Positions 1 through 10,543 of a stretch of DNA of 63,558 nt are shown here, piece by piece. Under the pieces are notes generated by a model. That model was not told the origin of the DNA. It did no database searches and was given only the letters and a program-made list of their open reading frames with translations. Position 1 is the first letter of the stretch, and the number at the start of each line of letters is the position of its first letter. Position numbers and translations under genes: made by a program. Origin of the DNA: an uncultured Comamonadaceae bacterium (GTDB lineage: Bacteria > Pseudomonadota > Alphaproteobacteria > Elsterales > Elsteraceae); the NCBI GenBank assembly GCA_964428065.1, contig CAYRWZ010000003.1:1499-65056 (forward strand), written 5' to 3'.

Positions 1-865
1 CGGCCAGCGGCTGCCGGTTGCCGCCGCCGATATGGGTCAGCCGCCAGCGCAGCCCTTGCTGTTCCACCTGGGCAAGCGCGGCCAGCAGATCGTCAAAGCC
101 CTTTTTCTCCACCAGCCGCCCGATGGTCAGCAGCCGCACCACCCCATCGCCGTCCGCCGCTTCCGCAACCGGCCCCGGATCGGGAAAGCGGGTGAAATCC
201 AGCCCGTGATACACCAGCGCCACCCGGTCCGCTGCGGGGCTAAGGCTGCGCAAATGCTCCGCCCCGCTGGCGGTGCAGGTGACGGTCCATTCGGCGGCGG
301 CCAGCTTTTCCCGCTTTTCCCAATCGGGGATAGTCCAGATATCCTTGGCATGGGCAGACAGCGACAGCGGCACCCCGCGCACCAGGGCGGCATAGCGCGC
401 CACCGACCCCGGCGTATGGATGAAATGGGCGTGCAGGCGGTGCACCTCGGGCGGCAATCCCGCCGCCAGCACCAGCGCCTGGCCCCAGCGGCGGCCGCGA
501 TTGGGCGTCGGGTCACGCAGCAGATCGCGCAGCCACGCCGCCCGCGCCTGGCGATAGCCGGGCAGGCGCCGCGCCCGCCACCAGCTTTTCAGCACCAGCA
601 GCGGGGCCTGATACAGATATTCGGGCAGGTACCAGACTGGGGCGCGGATGGCATCGACAATCGGGTGGCGCGTGCGATCGGTCGGCAGGCGCAGCGAGAC
701 GATCAGCAGCCGATAGCCCAGATCCTCCAACCCCTTGATTTCCTGGGCGATGAAGGTTTCCGACAGGCGTGGATAGCCCTTCAGGACAAAGGCAATGGTC
801 GGGCGCTGGCGGGGATCGGCGGGCAGAACCGGCCCGGCGGCATAGCGTGTCATCACGCGTGTCAT
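1..865 (-). CDS. Glycosyltransferase, GT-B family 4 (WcaL-like); C-terminus runs off the left edge
   Basis: Own translation of the minus strand from ATG 865 (alternative ATG 853): MTRVMTRYAAGPV..TIAFVLKGYPRLSETFIAQEIKGLE..VVRLLTIGRLVEKKGFDDLLAAL. It stays open to position 1, so it is absent from the ORF track (no stop). The + ORF 32..1273 is its antisense shadow. Confidence 0.8.
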   Translation of the reverse strand, partial: MTRVMTRYAAGPVLPADPRQRPTIAFVLKGYPRLSETFIAQEIKGLEDLGYRLLIVSLRLPTDRTRHPIVDAIRAPVWYLPEYLYQAPLLVLKSWWRARRLPGYRQARAAWLRDLLRDPTPNRGRRWGQALVLAAGLPPEVHRLHAHFIHTPGSVARYAALVRGVPLSLSAHAKDIWTIPDWEKREKLAAAEWTVTCTASGAEHLRSLSPAADRVALVYHGLDFTRFPDPGPVAEAADGDGVVRLLTIGRLVEKKGFDDLLAALAQVEQQGLRWRLTHIGGGNRQPLA

Positions 866-893
866 CACCTGAAGCGCCCCAATTCCGCCCGGC

Positions 894-2168
894 CTATTGC
901 GCGAACGTCAGGCTGGGCTGCGGCGCATCCGTCACCGGATGGGCGGCGGTCAGCGCATCGAAGCGCGCGGCGATCACCTCCAACCCATCCAGCAGGCCGG
1001 AAATCTGCACGGTGGATGGGCGCGGCTGCCGGGGCAAACGCCGCAGCGCGCGCGCCATCGCCCGCGGATCGCGCACATCATCGGCCACCAGCATGGCGGC
1101 CAGCCCCTGCCGTTCGGCTTCGGAGGCGCGGATATACTGCTCCAGTCGGGGGGTGGTGCGTGGCACGATCAGGGCCGGTTTATCGAAAGACAAAATCTCG
1201 CAGAAGGTGTTATAGCCGCCCATGGCGACCACACCATTGGCCTGGCGCAGAAACGCCTCCATCCCTGCCGTGAAGGTCAGCAATTCCACCCGGTGCAGGG
1301 CATCGGCCCGGCGCTGGAACTGGGCGCGCGCCTCGGTACTCATGAACGGGCCGGTTACGATTACTGCCCGCTCGGTCAGGCTGGGATCGGCCTCATAGGC
1401 CGACAGAACCCAATCGACCAGCGCATCGCCATCGCCGCCGCCGCCAGGGGTGACCAGCAAGAACGGCTCCCCCAGCGAAACGCTGGCCGCCGCATCGGGC
1501 GGCCCATCCTGCTGACGGCGCAGATAGCCGGTATAGACCAGCCGGTTGCGCACGCTATCTGGCAGGGGCAGGCCGCCCAGCGGCTGGTAGATCCGCTCCA
1601 GCCCATAGACCCAGATTTCGCGGAAATAGCGGTCCACCCCCGGCAGGGCCTTCTTGCGCGCCCAATCCCGCGCCAGCAGGGCGGGATCGTCCATCACATC
1701 GCGCAGGCCCAGAACAGCGGGAATCCCCTGTTCGGCCAGATAGTCCAGTGTGGCGGTGACTTCGCCCCGCACACCCAGCGGTTCCTTATCGACCAGAAAC
1801 AGATCGGGCTGAAAATCGCGGGCGGTTTCCAGAATGATGCGCGACCGTTCGGCGATCACATCGCGTAAGGTTGCCCCTTCGGCCACCGGGCGATAATCGC
1901 CGTTGCTCATCTTGATGATGCCGGGGACCAGGCGGAACTGAACCCGCCGCTCGAACGGATAGCTGGCGATCAGCGGCAAGCCGGACAGAATCAGCACCGA
2001 CAGATCGGGGATGCGCGCCACCAGGGCATTGGCGATCGACCGGCAGCGACGCAGGTGCCCAAGGCCGAAACTATCGTGGCTGTAAATCAGCAGACGGCGC
2101 CCGCCCTCCATCCTGGGAGGCGGCACAAGGGCCAGAGTGCTGGTCGATTGATCGGTATCGGCTGGCAT
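894..2168 (-). CDS. Predicted glycosyltransferase (MurG/GT28-like, COG4671-type)
   Basis: 424 aa. Contains LLIYSHDSFGLGHLRRCRSIANAL near the N-terminus and GGYNTFCEILSFDKPALIVPR near the C-terminus. ATG at 2168. Tandem with the downstream GT4 gene. Confidence 0.72.
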   Translation of the reverse strand: MPADTDQSTSTLALVPPPRMEGGRRLLIYSHDSFGLGHLRRCRSIANALVARIPDLSVLILSGLPLIASYPFERRVQFRLVPGIIKMSNGDYRPVAEGATLRDVIAERSRIILETARDFQPDLFLVDKEPLGVRGEVTATLDYLAEQGIPAVLGLRDVMDDPALLARDWARKKALPGVDRYFREIWVYGLERIYQPLGGLPLPDSVRNRLVYTGYLRRQQDGPPDAAASVSLGEPFLLVTPGGGGDGDALVDWVLSAYEADPSLTERAVIVTGPFMSTEARAQFQRRADALHRVELLTFTAGMEAFLRQANGVVAMGGYNTFCEILSFDKPALIVPRTTPRLEQYIRASEAERQGLAAMLVADDVRDPRAMARALRRLPRQPRPSTVQISGLLDGLEVIAARFDALTAAHPVTDAPQPSLTFAQ

Positions 2169-2311
2169 CAGCGTCTCGCCGCTTCACCCCTGCTTGCCGC
2201 ATCGGCTGGCACGGCACAGGCACCGCACCGATACGTTTGGTTCCAGTTCGGACTTCTTCGTTTGACTTACTGTTTTGAACAGAAAACAGGGATGCGTTTT
2301 ACCACACCGGA

Positions 2312-2809
2312 TCAGTTCGGTTTGCCGGACTGACCGGAGACTTGCCCAGAACCCTGACCCGAAACTTGGCGGATCGGCTCCCGGAACTGCTCCGTCTGCC
2401 GATAGATCGTATCGGCCATCTCGCGCATGACGGCAAGAGCAAAATCGGGCAATTCGCGGACAAGGTGAAAGAACACGTCTTTCGGCAGGCGCAGGCAGGT
2501 CACCGGCGTCTTGGCGCGCACCGTCGCCGTGCGGCGGCCATTGCCGATCAGCGCGATCACCCCGACCAGATGGTTGGAACCCAGTTCGCCGGTTTTGACC
2601 GGGCCGCCACCGGCATCGACCGTGACTTCCGCCGTGCCGTCCAGGATCAAAAACGCATCATCGCCCAGATCGCCCTGGCGGATGAAATCTTCGCCCGGCA
2701 TGAAGTTGACGCGGTCGCTGGCAAAGCTGAGCAGTTTCAGCTTCGGCCCGTCCAGCCCTGCGAACATCGGAATGTTCCGCAGCATTTGGCATTCCTGCAT
2801 CAGGCTCAT
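2312..2809 (-). CDS. Stand-alone cyclic-nucleotide-binding domain protein
   Basis: 165 aa. PMFAGLDGPKLKLL..FIRQGDLGDDAFLILDGTAEV..GELGSNHLVGVIALIGNGRRTATVRA matches the CAP-effector cNMP-binding fold, including a phosphate-binding-cassette-like RRTATV. C-terminal SGQ repeat tail. Confidence 0.85.
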   Translation of the reverse strand: MSLMQECQMLRNIPMFAGLDGPKLKLLSFASDRVNFMPGEDFIRQGDLGDDAFLILDGTAEVTVDAGGGPVKTGELGSNHLVGVIALIGNGRRTATVRAKTPVTCLRLPKDVFFHLVRELPDFALAVMREMADTIYRQTEQFREPIRQVSGQGSGQVSGQSGKPN

Positions 2810-2895
2810 GTCAGTCGCCCTTCCGCGTCGCGTCTCAAGAGTCCCATTCTGGGGATATGGGCATCCGGACGATCCCCATAAATACTATTTTTATG

Positions 2896-5580
2896 CTATT
2901 CCGCCTTGAGGGCGCGCGACAAGTAACTTCCATCCTGCGCGGCCAGCACGTCAGGCGCCCCGGTTTCCACCAGCTTGCCGCCCTCCAGCACCACCACGCG
3001 GTCGAAGCGGCGCGCCTGTGCCGCCCGTTGCAGCACCCAGACCAGGGCGGGGCTGCGATCCTCTCCCAGCATTCGCTGTTCGCACAGGTTGCGCAGCAGC
3101 CGGTCCTGGGCAGCGGAATCGAGCGTGCCGATGGGATCGTCCAGCACCAGAACATCGGCCCCTTTCATCAGCGCGCGGGCCAGCGCCAGCTTCTGCCGCG
3201 CGGCCAGACCCAGCCGCGATCCGCCGACGCCGACATCGAAATCCAGCCCGACATCGATGATCTTTTCCAGCAGCCGTTCGGTCATGCCGTGCTTGTCTAA
3301 CTCCTCCCGGATCATCTGGCGCATCCGGCTGTCAGCGCTGCCCTGACCGGGGGCAAGGCGCCCGAACATCATATTGTCGATCAGGCTGGTGGCGCGGTTG
3401 TAGCGGCCGAAATCGAAAAATTCGACATGGGGGCGCAGATCTTCTGGCAGGCCGGTCATGAAGCGGCGGCGGGCGGCGACAATGCCCGCTTTCACCCGCG
3501 CATCGACCACATCCAGACGGTGGCGGGCCGGGATAACGCGGCCGACCAGGGCGATGAAGCGCAGCCGTTCGGTCTGCTTCAGGGCGCCGCCTGCCTTGCC
3601 CGGCTTTGCCGATGCCGCGCGCGACAGGCGCTGTTCGATCTGATCCAGGTCGGCCAGTTCATCGGCATCGACGAAGCTGAACCGGGCATAGAATTCGTGA
3701 TCGGGCGGAAGATCGCGGAAAATTTCCACCATGTCGCGGGCGACAGACCGGCCCGCCTGCACCAGCAGCTCGGCCAGCCCTTCCTCTGCCTCCAGCACCG
3801 ACACGGTGAACGGGTGCTGCATCAGCGCATCGCCGGCGAAGATGCGGCCGACCGGCGTGCCGAACAGAAGGTTTTCCGCGACTGAGGCCTGATTGTTGAA
3901 GCTGTCCAGATCGAACGGTTCGAAATAGGGGCGCAGGCTGGGGTGGGATAAGGGTTCGCGCAGCATCCGCCGCACGTCCATCGCCACTTCGGCAACATCG
4001 GGGCGTGCGGCGGGGTCAATGGTGCCGCGCAGGCCAAGTTCGCGCATATCAGCGATCAAGTCGGTCGCCGCCAGCACCCGCATGATCCGGTCATGCAGAT
4101 CCTGCGGGCCGGCCGCCCCGACCGCCGCATAATCGGTCCAGTCGCCGGTATGGTCGAAAACGGAATTGCCAGTTTTCTGGGCTTCGAAGCGATGCCGGGG
4201 GTCTTCGGCCAGGACCATGCCGCTGTCGCTGGGCCGGGTTTTCAGACCATAGAGCAGATTGTCCAGCACCCGGCCCGACAGCAGCGCGGTTTCCGAGCCG
4301 ACAAAGGCGAGATGGCGGTTGACCGTGGCAAGCGGAAAGCCGTGCAGCGGCTGGCCGCACAGGTTGATCGCCCCGATACGGACCGGCACCAGCCCGGCCA
4401 GCACCTGGGCCAGATCGTGCTTGCCGCCCGCATCGGGGCCCAGCACGGCCACCCGTTCCTGGGGGGCGACGCTGATATCCACCCCATCCAGCATCCGCTG
4501 GCCGCTTTCATCCAGCAGCACCAGCCCGCGCGCCTCCAGCGTCGCCGGGCGGGACAGGTCGGCCGGTTCGCCCGCCAGACGGGTCACCGGGACCATATCG
4601 TCCGATTCGAACTGTTCGACCACCTGTTCATACTTGATCCGGGCGTCTTCCAGTTGCTGATAGTAATCCAGCAGCTCCCGCCACGGCGCGTTCAGATCCT
4701 TATAGGCCGCCACCACGGCCAGCAGCGCGCCAAGCGACAGATCGCCCTCGATCACCAGATAACCGCCGATGGCATAGAAAAAGAACGGGGTCAGCTGGGC
4801 CAGAAAGTTGTTCAGGAACTTGACGAAAAACTTCCACTTAAAGATTTCGAACCGGATCTTGTAGTTGATGAACAGCTTGTAGCTGAACAGGGCCAGATGA
4901 TAGGGCCCGGCCGCATTGGCATGGATTTCCCGCAAGGAGACCGCAGTTTCGTTGATCCGGTCGGAAAGATCGCGCACCAGGCGGATCCGCTGCTTGGACA
5001 GGCTGTTCACCTTCCGCTGCAATTTCGGAATCACATACATCTGGAACGGATAGAGCGACACCGCCGCCAGGCCCAGGATCGGGTCTTGCAGGCACATGAA
5101 GATCAGAATGGTCAGCAGCGTGCCGCCCTGAAACGCCGGCACCGCCACGCTATCGCCGATGAACCCGCCCAGCGGTTCCACTTCGGAGGTGATGATCGGA
5201 ATCATCTGCCCCGGCGGCGTCTTGCGGAAATAGCCGACCGGGAAGCGCACGATCCGTTCGTACAGCTGATAGCGCAGGCGGCGCAGCATGCGCTCCCCCA
5301 CCTGGCCCTTATAGACGTTGATGACGTATTTGAACCCGCCATTGATCAGCACCAGGCCGAGAAACGCACCGCACAGGGTGAACAGATACTCAAGCTGGCC
5401 CAGCGTCACGCCGAAGATTTGGCGCGGAAAGTCTTTGCCCTGAATCGCCTCGTTTACGATTGTTTTAGGAAGGTCGAGCGAGAGATACAGAACCGGAAAA
5501 GACACCAGGGTCATGACCAGGATCAGGATCTGTTCGCGCAGACTGAACTTGAGGATGAAGCCGAACAGGGTTTTTTGCAT
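2896..5580 (-). CDS. ABC exporter-type fused permease/ATPase with an expanded, degenerate nucleotide-binding domain
   Basis: N-terminal six-helix exporter-type membrane domain. Walker-A-like GPDAGGKH, then about 330 aa containing three xNxxFG-like blocks (DNLLYG, ENLLFG, DNMMFG), then a signature-like GGSRLGLAARQK and Walker B VLVLDD. ATG 5580 has a GGAG SD; the track ORF extends to ATG 5640. Confidence 0.78.
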   Translation of the reverse strand: MQKTLFGFILKFSLREQILILVMTLVSFPVLYLSLDLPKTIVNEAIQGKDFPRQIFGVTLGQLEYLFTLCGAFLGLVLINGGFKYVINVYKGQVGERMLRRLRYQLYERIVRFPVGYFRKTPPGQMIPIITSEVEPLGGFIGDSVAVPAFQGGTLLTILIFMCLQDPILGLAAVSLYPFQMYVIPKLQRKVNSLSKQRIRLVRDLSDRINETAVSLREIHANAAGPYHLALFSYKLFINYKIRFEIFKWKFFVKFLNNFLAQLTPFFFYAIGGYLVIEGDLSLGALLAVVAAYKDLNAPWRELLDYYQQLEDARIKYEQVVEQFESDDMVPVTRLAGEPADLSRPATLEARGLVLLDESGQRMLDGVDISVAPQERVAVLGPDAGGKHDLAQVLAGLVPVRIGAINLCGQPLHGFPLATVNRHLAFVGSETALLSGRVLDNLLYGLKTRPSDSGMVLAEDPRHRFEAQKTGNSVFDHTGDWTDYAAVGAAGPQDLHDRIMRVLAATDLIADMRELGLRGTIDPAARPDVAEVAMDVRRMLREPLSHPSLRPYFEPFDLDSFNNQASVAENLLFGTPVGRIFAGDALMQHPFTVSVLEAEEGLAELLVQAGRSVARDMVEIFRDLPPDHEFYARFSFVDADELADLDQIEQRLSRAASAKPGKAGGALKQTERLRFIALVGRVIPARHRLDVVDARVKAGIVAARRRFMTGLPEDLRPHVEFFDFGRYNRATSLIDNMMFGRLAPGQGSADSRMRQMIREELDKHGMTERLLEKIIDVGLDFDVGVGGSRLGLAARQKLALARALMKGADVLVLDDPIGTLDSAAQDRLLRNLCEQRMLGEDRSPALVWVLQRAAQARRFDRVVVLEGGKLVETGAPDVLAAQDGSYLSRALKAE

Positions 5581-5699
5581 AAAGGCTCCGTCCCTCTGGT
5601 CCGCCCGATTGGACTGATGCTGCACGAGACTCGAAACCATCCGGCAACCGTGGTTAAGTGTACCAATCCTTGCGACTTATTGGAAAGACCGCCGCCCCG

Positions 5700-7574
5700 A
5701 TGTCAACGCCAATATCCGCCCCCCTGCTTCAGGTGCGGGATTTAACCGTCGATTTTGCATTGCCCGGGGGTTTTCTGCGTGCGGTTGATGGCGTCAGCTT
5801 CGATATTCCGGCCGGGGAGACAATGGCGCTGGTCGGCGAATCCGGGTCGGGCAAATCGGTCCTGTCGCAGGCGATCCTGCGCATTCTGCCGCCGTCGGCC
5901 CAGATCAGCGGCGGGCAGATCCTGCTACAACCGCAAGGGGGCGGCGCACCACTGAACCTGGCCGCGCTGGCGGGCGACAGCGCAGAGATGCGGGCCGTGC
6001 GCGGCGGACAGATCGCAATCATTTTCCAGGAACCGATGACCGCCCTGTCGCCGCTGCACACCATCGGCAACCAGATAACGGAGGCCGTGCGCCTGCACCG
6101 CAAGGCCGGGGCGGCAGAGGCGGAGGAGCTGGCGCGCGACATGCTGCGGCTGGTCGGCTTCAAATCCCCCGCCGATGCGCTGAAATCCTATCCGTTTGAA
6201 CTGTCGGGCGGGTTGCGGCAGCGGGCAATGATCGCCATGGCACTGGTGTGCCGCCCGTCACTGCTGATCGCGGACGAGCCGACCACCGCGTTGGACGTGA
6301 CCATCCAGGCGCAAATCCTGCACCTGTTGGGCGATTTGCAGAAAGAACTGGGCATGGCCCTGCTGATGATCACCCACGATCTGGGGGTGGTGGCCAATAC
6401 CGCCCGGCAGATGGTGGTCATGTATCGCGGCAAGGTGGTGGAAAGCGGCGCGGTGGAAGATCTTTTCCGCGCGCCCGGTCACCCCTATCTGCAGGCCCTG
6501 CTGAAGGCGGTGCCGCGCTTCGACCGGGCGCCGGGGGAACGGCTGCAACCGATTCGCGATTATCCGCGTGCCCATGCGGCGGAGATTTTCGGCAGCGGCC
6601 GGCGCGCCGGGGTGATGGGGGAGCCGCTGCTGACCGTCAGCAACCTGTCGCGCAGCTTCCAGCCGCGCGGTGGGCTGTTCGGCCTGAAAAAGGCAGCGCC
6701 GATCAAGGCGGTGGACGATGTCAACCTGGTGGTTCGGCGTGGCGAATGCCTGGGGCTGGTGGGCGAAAGCGGCTGCGGCAAAACCACCCTGTCCAAGCTG
6801 ATCCTGAAGGCGATCCAGCCGGACAGCGGGCAGATCCGCTTTGCCTCCCCCGAAGGGCCGCGCGATGTGCTGGCGCTGGAGGGAGAGGCGCTGGCCGATT
6901 ACCGCCGCCGGGTGCAGTTCGTGTTCCAGGATCCCTACAGCTCCCTCAACCCGCGCATGACCGTGGGCGAGGTGATCGCCGAACCGCTGGATATTCACAA
7001 CATCGGCACGCCGGACCAGCGCCGCACCACAGTGCAGCAACTGATGCGGCTGGTTGGGCTGGACCCGCGCTGGACCAGCCGCTATCCGCAGAATTTTTCC
7101 GGCGGGCAGCGCCAGCGCATCGGCATCGCCCGGTCGCTTGCCCTGCGGCCCGATCTGCTGATCTGCGACGAGCCGGTCTCCGCCCTCGACGTGTCGATCC
7201 AGGCGCAGATCCTGAACCTGCTGACCGATCTGCGCACCGAGCTGGGGCTGACCTATCTGTTCATCAGCCACAATCTGGCCGTGGTGGACTATATCGCCGA
7301 CCGGGTGGCGGTGATGTGCGCCGGGCGGATTGTCGAAGTGGCCGACCGCGCCGCCCTGTTCGCCCAGCCCCGCCACCCCTATACCCAGGCGCTGCTGGCT
7401 GCGGTGCCGGCGCCCGATCTGGACCGCCCGCTGGATTTCGCCCGGCTGATGGAAGGCCGGGTGTCCAACCCGGCTGCCTGGCCCAAACCATTTCTGATTG
7501 ACGACAGCCATCGCCCCACCCTGACCGAGGCCGCGCCCGGCCACTGGGTGCGCATGGCCAGCGATGCCGCGTAA
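5700..7574 (+). CDS. ABC transporter ATP-binding protein with two fused ATPase domains (YejF-like, peptide/opine type)
   Basis: Two Walker A motifs ([16 protein letters not shown]), two LSGG-type signatures ([16 protein letters not shown]) and Walker B motifs. ATG 5700 lies inside the GTG-initiated track ORF 5658..7574. Confidence 0.9.
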   Translation: MSTPISAPLLQVRDLTVDFALPGGFLRAVDGVSFDIPAGETMALVGESGSGKSVLSQAILRILPPSAQISGGQILLQPQGGGAPLNLAALAGDSAEMRAVRGGQIAIIFQEPMTALSPLHTIGNQITEAVRLHRKAGAAEAEELARDMLRLVGFKSPADALKSYPFELSGGLRQRAMIAMALVCRPSLLIADEPTTALDVTIQAQILHLLGDLQKELGMALLMITHDLGVVANTARQMVVMYRGKVVESGAVEDLFRAPGHPYLQALLKAVPRFDRAPGERLQPIRDYPRAHAAEIFGSGRRAGVMGEPLLTVSNLSRSFQPRGGLFGLKKAAPIKAVDDVNLVVRRGECLGLVGESGCGKTTLSKLILKAIQPDSGQIRFASPEGPRDVLALEGEALADYRRRVQFVFQDPYSSLNPRMTVGEVIAEPLDIHNIGTPDQRRTTVQQLMRLVGLDPRWTSRYPQNFSGGQRQRIGIARSLALRPDLLICDEPVSALDVSIQAQILNLLTDLRTELGLTYLFISHNLAVVDYIADRVAVMCAGRIVEVADRAALFAQPRHPYTQALLAAVPAPDLDRPLDFARLMEGRVSNPAAWPKPFLIDDSHRPTLTEAAPGHWVRMASDAA

Positions 7575-7584
7575 GGGGGCCGCC

Positions 7585-9522
7585 ATGGTGCAGCTGTTCC
7601 GTTCCATCCTTCGCCCCCTTCACCCCCTGCTGGCCGCGCTGATCATCAGCACGCCCGTTGCCGCCACTGCCCAGGGCTGGACCGACGCCCCGGTGCTGGC
7701 CGACAAGGTGAAGGCCGGGGCCTTGCCGCCGATCGAACAGCGCCTGCCCCGGCAGCCGATGGTCATGCCCTTCCCGCCCGGCACCGAACCCGGCCGTCAT
7801 GGCGGCGATCTGACCTGGATCGGCACCGGGCGCGATGTGCGCATGATGGTGGTTTATGGCTATAGCCGGCTGGTGATCTTCGACGAATCGCTCAATCTGG
7901 TGCCGGATATCCTCGCTGCGGTCGAAGTGCAGGACGATACGGTGTTCACCCTGAAGCTGCGCCCCGGCCATCGCTGGTCTGACGGCACGCCCTTCACGTC
8001 GGAAGATTTCCGCTATTACTGGCAGGATGTGGCGCTGAACAAGCAGCTGTCCCCCACTGGTCCGCCCGCATCGCTGATGGTGGATGGCAAGCCGCCGCAG
8101 GTGGAATTTCCCGATGCCACGACGGTGATCTATCGCTGGCAGGCGCCGAATCCAACCTTCCTCAGCGATCTGGCCGGGGCCGCGCCGCTTTATATCTACC
8201 GCCCGGCCCATTACCTGAAGCAGTTCCACGAAGCCCATGCCAAGCCGGAAGCGCTGGATGCCGAGGTCAAAAAGGCCAAGGCGCGCAACTGGGCCCAGCT
8301 GCACAACCGCAAGGACAATCAGTACCGTAACGACAATCCCGATCTGCCGACGCTGGACCCCTGGGTCAACCGCACCCCGTCCCCGGCCGAACGGTTCGTG
8401 TTCGAGCGCAACCCCTATTTCCACCGGGTCGATCCGGCCGGGCGGCAACTGCCCTATATCGACCGGGTGATCCTGCAAACCGCCAGTACCAGCATCATCC
8501 CGGTCAAGACCGGCGCGGGCGAAACCGATTTGCAGGCGCGCTATCTGATGTTCGACAATTATGCCTTCCTGAAACAATCGGCCGCCCAGCACAAGGCAGA
8601 GGTGTATCTGTGGCAAACCGGGCGCGGCGCGCATCTGGCGCTGTATCCGAATCTGACGGTGGCCGATCCGGTGTGGCGCAACCTGATGCGCGATGTGCGC
8701 TTCCGGCGGGCGCTGTCGCTGGGCATCAACCGGCGCGAGCTGAACCAGGTGGTGTTCTATGGCCTGGGCCTGGAAAGCATCAACACGGTGCTGCCGGAAA
8801 GCCCGCTTTACAGCGAAGGGCGGCGGCTGCGCTGGGCGCTGTACGATCCGATGGAGGCCAACCGGCTGCTGGACGAGATCGGCCTGAAACGCGAAGGGCG
8901 GACCGGCCCGCGCACTCTGCCCGACGGGCGGCCGCTGACCATCGTGGTCGAATCGGGCAGCGATGGGGCCGACCAGTCGGACGTGCTGCAGCTGATCAAG
9001 GATCACTGGGCGGATCTGGGCATCCGCCTGCTGACCAAGACCATGCAATCGGATGTGTTCCGCAACCGCCTGTTCGCCGGGGAAACCGTGATGTCGATCG
9101 GGCCGGGGGCGGAAAACGGGCTGGCGACCGCCGCCATGTCGCCCGCCGAATGGGCGCCGACCCAGCAGGTGCAGCAGCAATGGTCGCGCTGGGGCAATTT
9201 CACCGAAAGCAACGGCAAGGCCGGCGATGCAATCGATTTCGAACCGGCCGGGGCCTTGCTGTCGCTCTACAAGCAATGGCGGGCGACCACCGATACCGAT
9301 ATCCGCACCCGCATCTGGACCCAGATGCTGGACCGCCATGCCGACGAGGTGCTGACCATCGGGCTGGTGGCCGCCGTGCCGCAGCCGGTTTATGCCAAGC
9401 AGCATCTGCGCAACCTGCCGGCCAAGGGCATGTATAACTGGGAGCCGGGGGCGCATTTCGGGCGCTATCACCCCGACCGCTTCTGGCTTGATCTGCCGCA
9501 AAAGACCGTCGCCAAGAACTGA
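7585..9522 (+). CDS. ABC transporter substrate-binding protein, family 5 (YejA-like)
   Basis: About 645 aa with a signal peptide (LLAALIISTPVAATAQG), the large size typical of family-5 peptide binders. ATG 7585 follows SD AAGGGGG; an alternative ATG 7564 overlaps the upstream gene. Confidence 0.88.
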   Translation: MVQLFRSILRPLHPLLAALIISTPVAATAQGWTDAPVLADKVKAGALPPIEQRLPRQPMVMPFPPGTEPGRHGGDLTWIGTGRDVRMMVVYGYSRLVIFDESLNLVPDILAAVEVQDDTVFTLKLRPGHRWSDGTPFTSEDFRYYWQDVALNKQLSPTGPPASLMVDGKPPQVEFPDATTVIYRWQAPNPTFLSDLAGAAPLYIYRPAHYLKQFHEAHAKPEALDAEVKKAKARNWAQLHNRKDNQYRNDNPDLPTLDPWVNRTPSPAERFVFERNPYFHRVDPAGRQLPYIDRVILQTASTSIIPVKTGAGETDLQARYLMFDNYAFLKQSAAQHKAEVYLWQTGRGAHLALYPNLTVADPVWRNLMRDVRFRRALSLGINRRELNQVVFYGLGLESINTVLPESPLYSEGRRLRWALYDPMEANRLLDEIGLKREGRTGPRTLPDGRPLTIVVESGSDGADQSDVLQLIKDHWADLGIRLLTKTMQSDVFRNRLFAGETVMSIGPGAENGLATAAMSPAEWAPTQQVQQQWSRWGNFTESNGKAGDAIDFEPAGALLSLYKQWRATTDTDIRTRIWTQMLDRHADEVLTIGLVAAVPQPVYAKQHLRNLPAKGMYNWEPGAHFGRYHPDRFWLDLPQKTVAKN

Positions 9523-9544
9523 GAAGGGCCAAGGACGCAGCACC

Positions 9545-10543
9545 ATGTTCATCTATCTGGCCCGGCGCATTCTGCTGATGCTGCCCACCCTGCTGGCGAT
9601 CAGCGTCATCACCTTCGTGGTGATCCAGCTGCCCCCCGGCGATTACCTGACCACCTATATCGCTGAACTGCAAAGCCAGGGCGAAGCGGTGGATCAGGCC
9701 CGGATCGATTTTCTGCGCAAGCAATACGGCCTGGATCTGCCGCTGTACGAACAATATTTCGTCTGGCTGTGGGGCGTGCTTCAGGGCGATTTCGGCTGGT
9801 CGTTCGAGCATAACCTGCCGGTGACCGAAGTGGTGGGTGACCGGCTGACCCTGTCGATTTTGCTGTCCTTCACGACAGTGCTGTTCACCTGGATCGTGGC
9901 CTTTCCCATCGGTGTTTATTCCGCCACCCGCCGCTACAGCGTGGGCGACTATACGCTGACCTTCATCGGCTTCATCGGGCTGGCGACGCCGAATTTCCTG
10001 CTGGCGCTGATCGCCCTGTATCTGGCAAATGTCTGGTTCGGCATTTCCATCGGCGGCATGATGGACCCGGCCTATATCGGCCAGCCCTGGTCCTGGGGCA
10101 AGGCCTGGTCGGTGGTCGAGCATCTGATCGTGCCGACCATCGTGATCGGCACCTCGGGCACTGCGGGAATGATCCGCCGCCTGCGCGCCAATCTTCTGGA
10201 CGAATTGCACAAACCCTATGTCACCACGGCGCGGGCCAAGGGGCTGACCGAACGCCGCCTGTTGTGGAAATACCCGATGCGCATGGCGTTAAACCCCTTC
10301 ATTTCCGATATCGGCAACCTGCTGCCGCAGCTCGTTTCCGGCGCGACCATCGTTTCGGTCGTGCTGTCGCTGCCGACCACCGGGCCGATGCTGCTGTCGG
10401 CGCTGCAAAGCCAGGACATGTATCTGGCCGGCAGTTTCCTGTTGTTCCTGGCGGTGCTGACCGTGATCGGCGTGTTGATTTCCGATATCGCGCTGGCGCT
10501 GCTGGATCCGCGCATCCGCCTGTCCGGGGGGGCCACGGCATGA
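9545..10543 (+). CDS. ABC transporter permease (YejB-like)
   Basis: MFIYLARRILLMLPTLLAISVITFVVIQLPPGDY is the typical N-terminus of Dpp/Opp-type permeases. Multiple TM segments. The stop overlaps the next start (ATGA at 10540-10543). Confidence 0.9.
   Translation: MFIYLARRILLMLPTLLAISVITFVVIQLPPGDYLTTYIAELQSQGEAVDQARIDFLRKQYGLDLPLYEQYFVWLWGVLQGDFGWSFEHNLPVTEVVGDRLTLSILLSFTTVLFTWIVAFPIGVYSATRRYSVGDYTLTFIGFIGLATPNFLLALIALYLANVWFGISIGGMMDPAYIGQPWSWGKAWSVVEHLIVPTIVIGTSGTAGMIRRLRANLLDELHKPYVTTARAKGLTERRLLWKYPMRMALNPFISDIGNLLPQLVSGATIVSVVLSLPTTGPMLLSALQSQDMYLAGSFLLFLAVLTVIGVLISDIALALLDPRIRLSGGATA

Noticed and set aside
32-1273. 413-aa plus-strand ORF, and similar + ORFs over 897-1868
   Set aside because: The opposite strand encodes two glycosyltransferases with clear family motifs. 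The first of these is missing from the track only because it has no in-window stop.
7264-9552. 762-aa minus-strand ORF
   Set aside because: It is antisense to a well-supported family-5 binding-protein gene. The translation is Arg/Gly/Pro/Ala-rich low complexity with no motifs. This is the typical shadow ORF of high-GC DNA.
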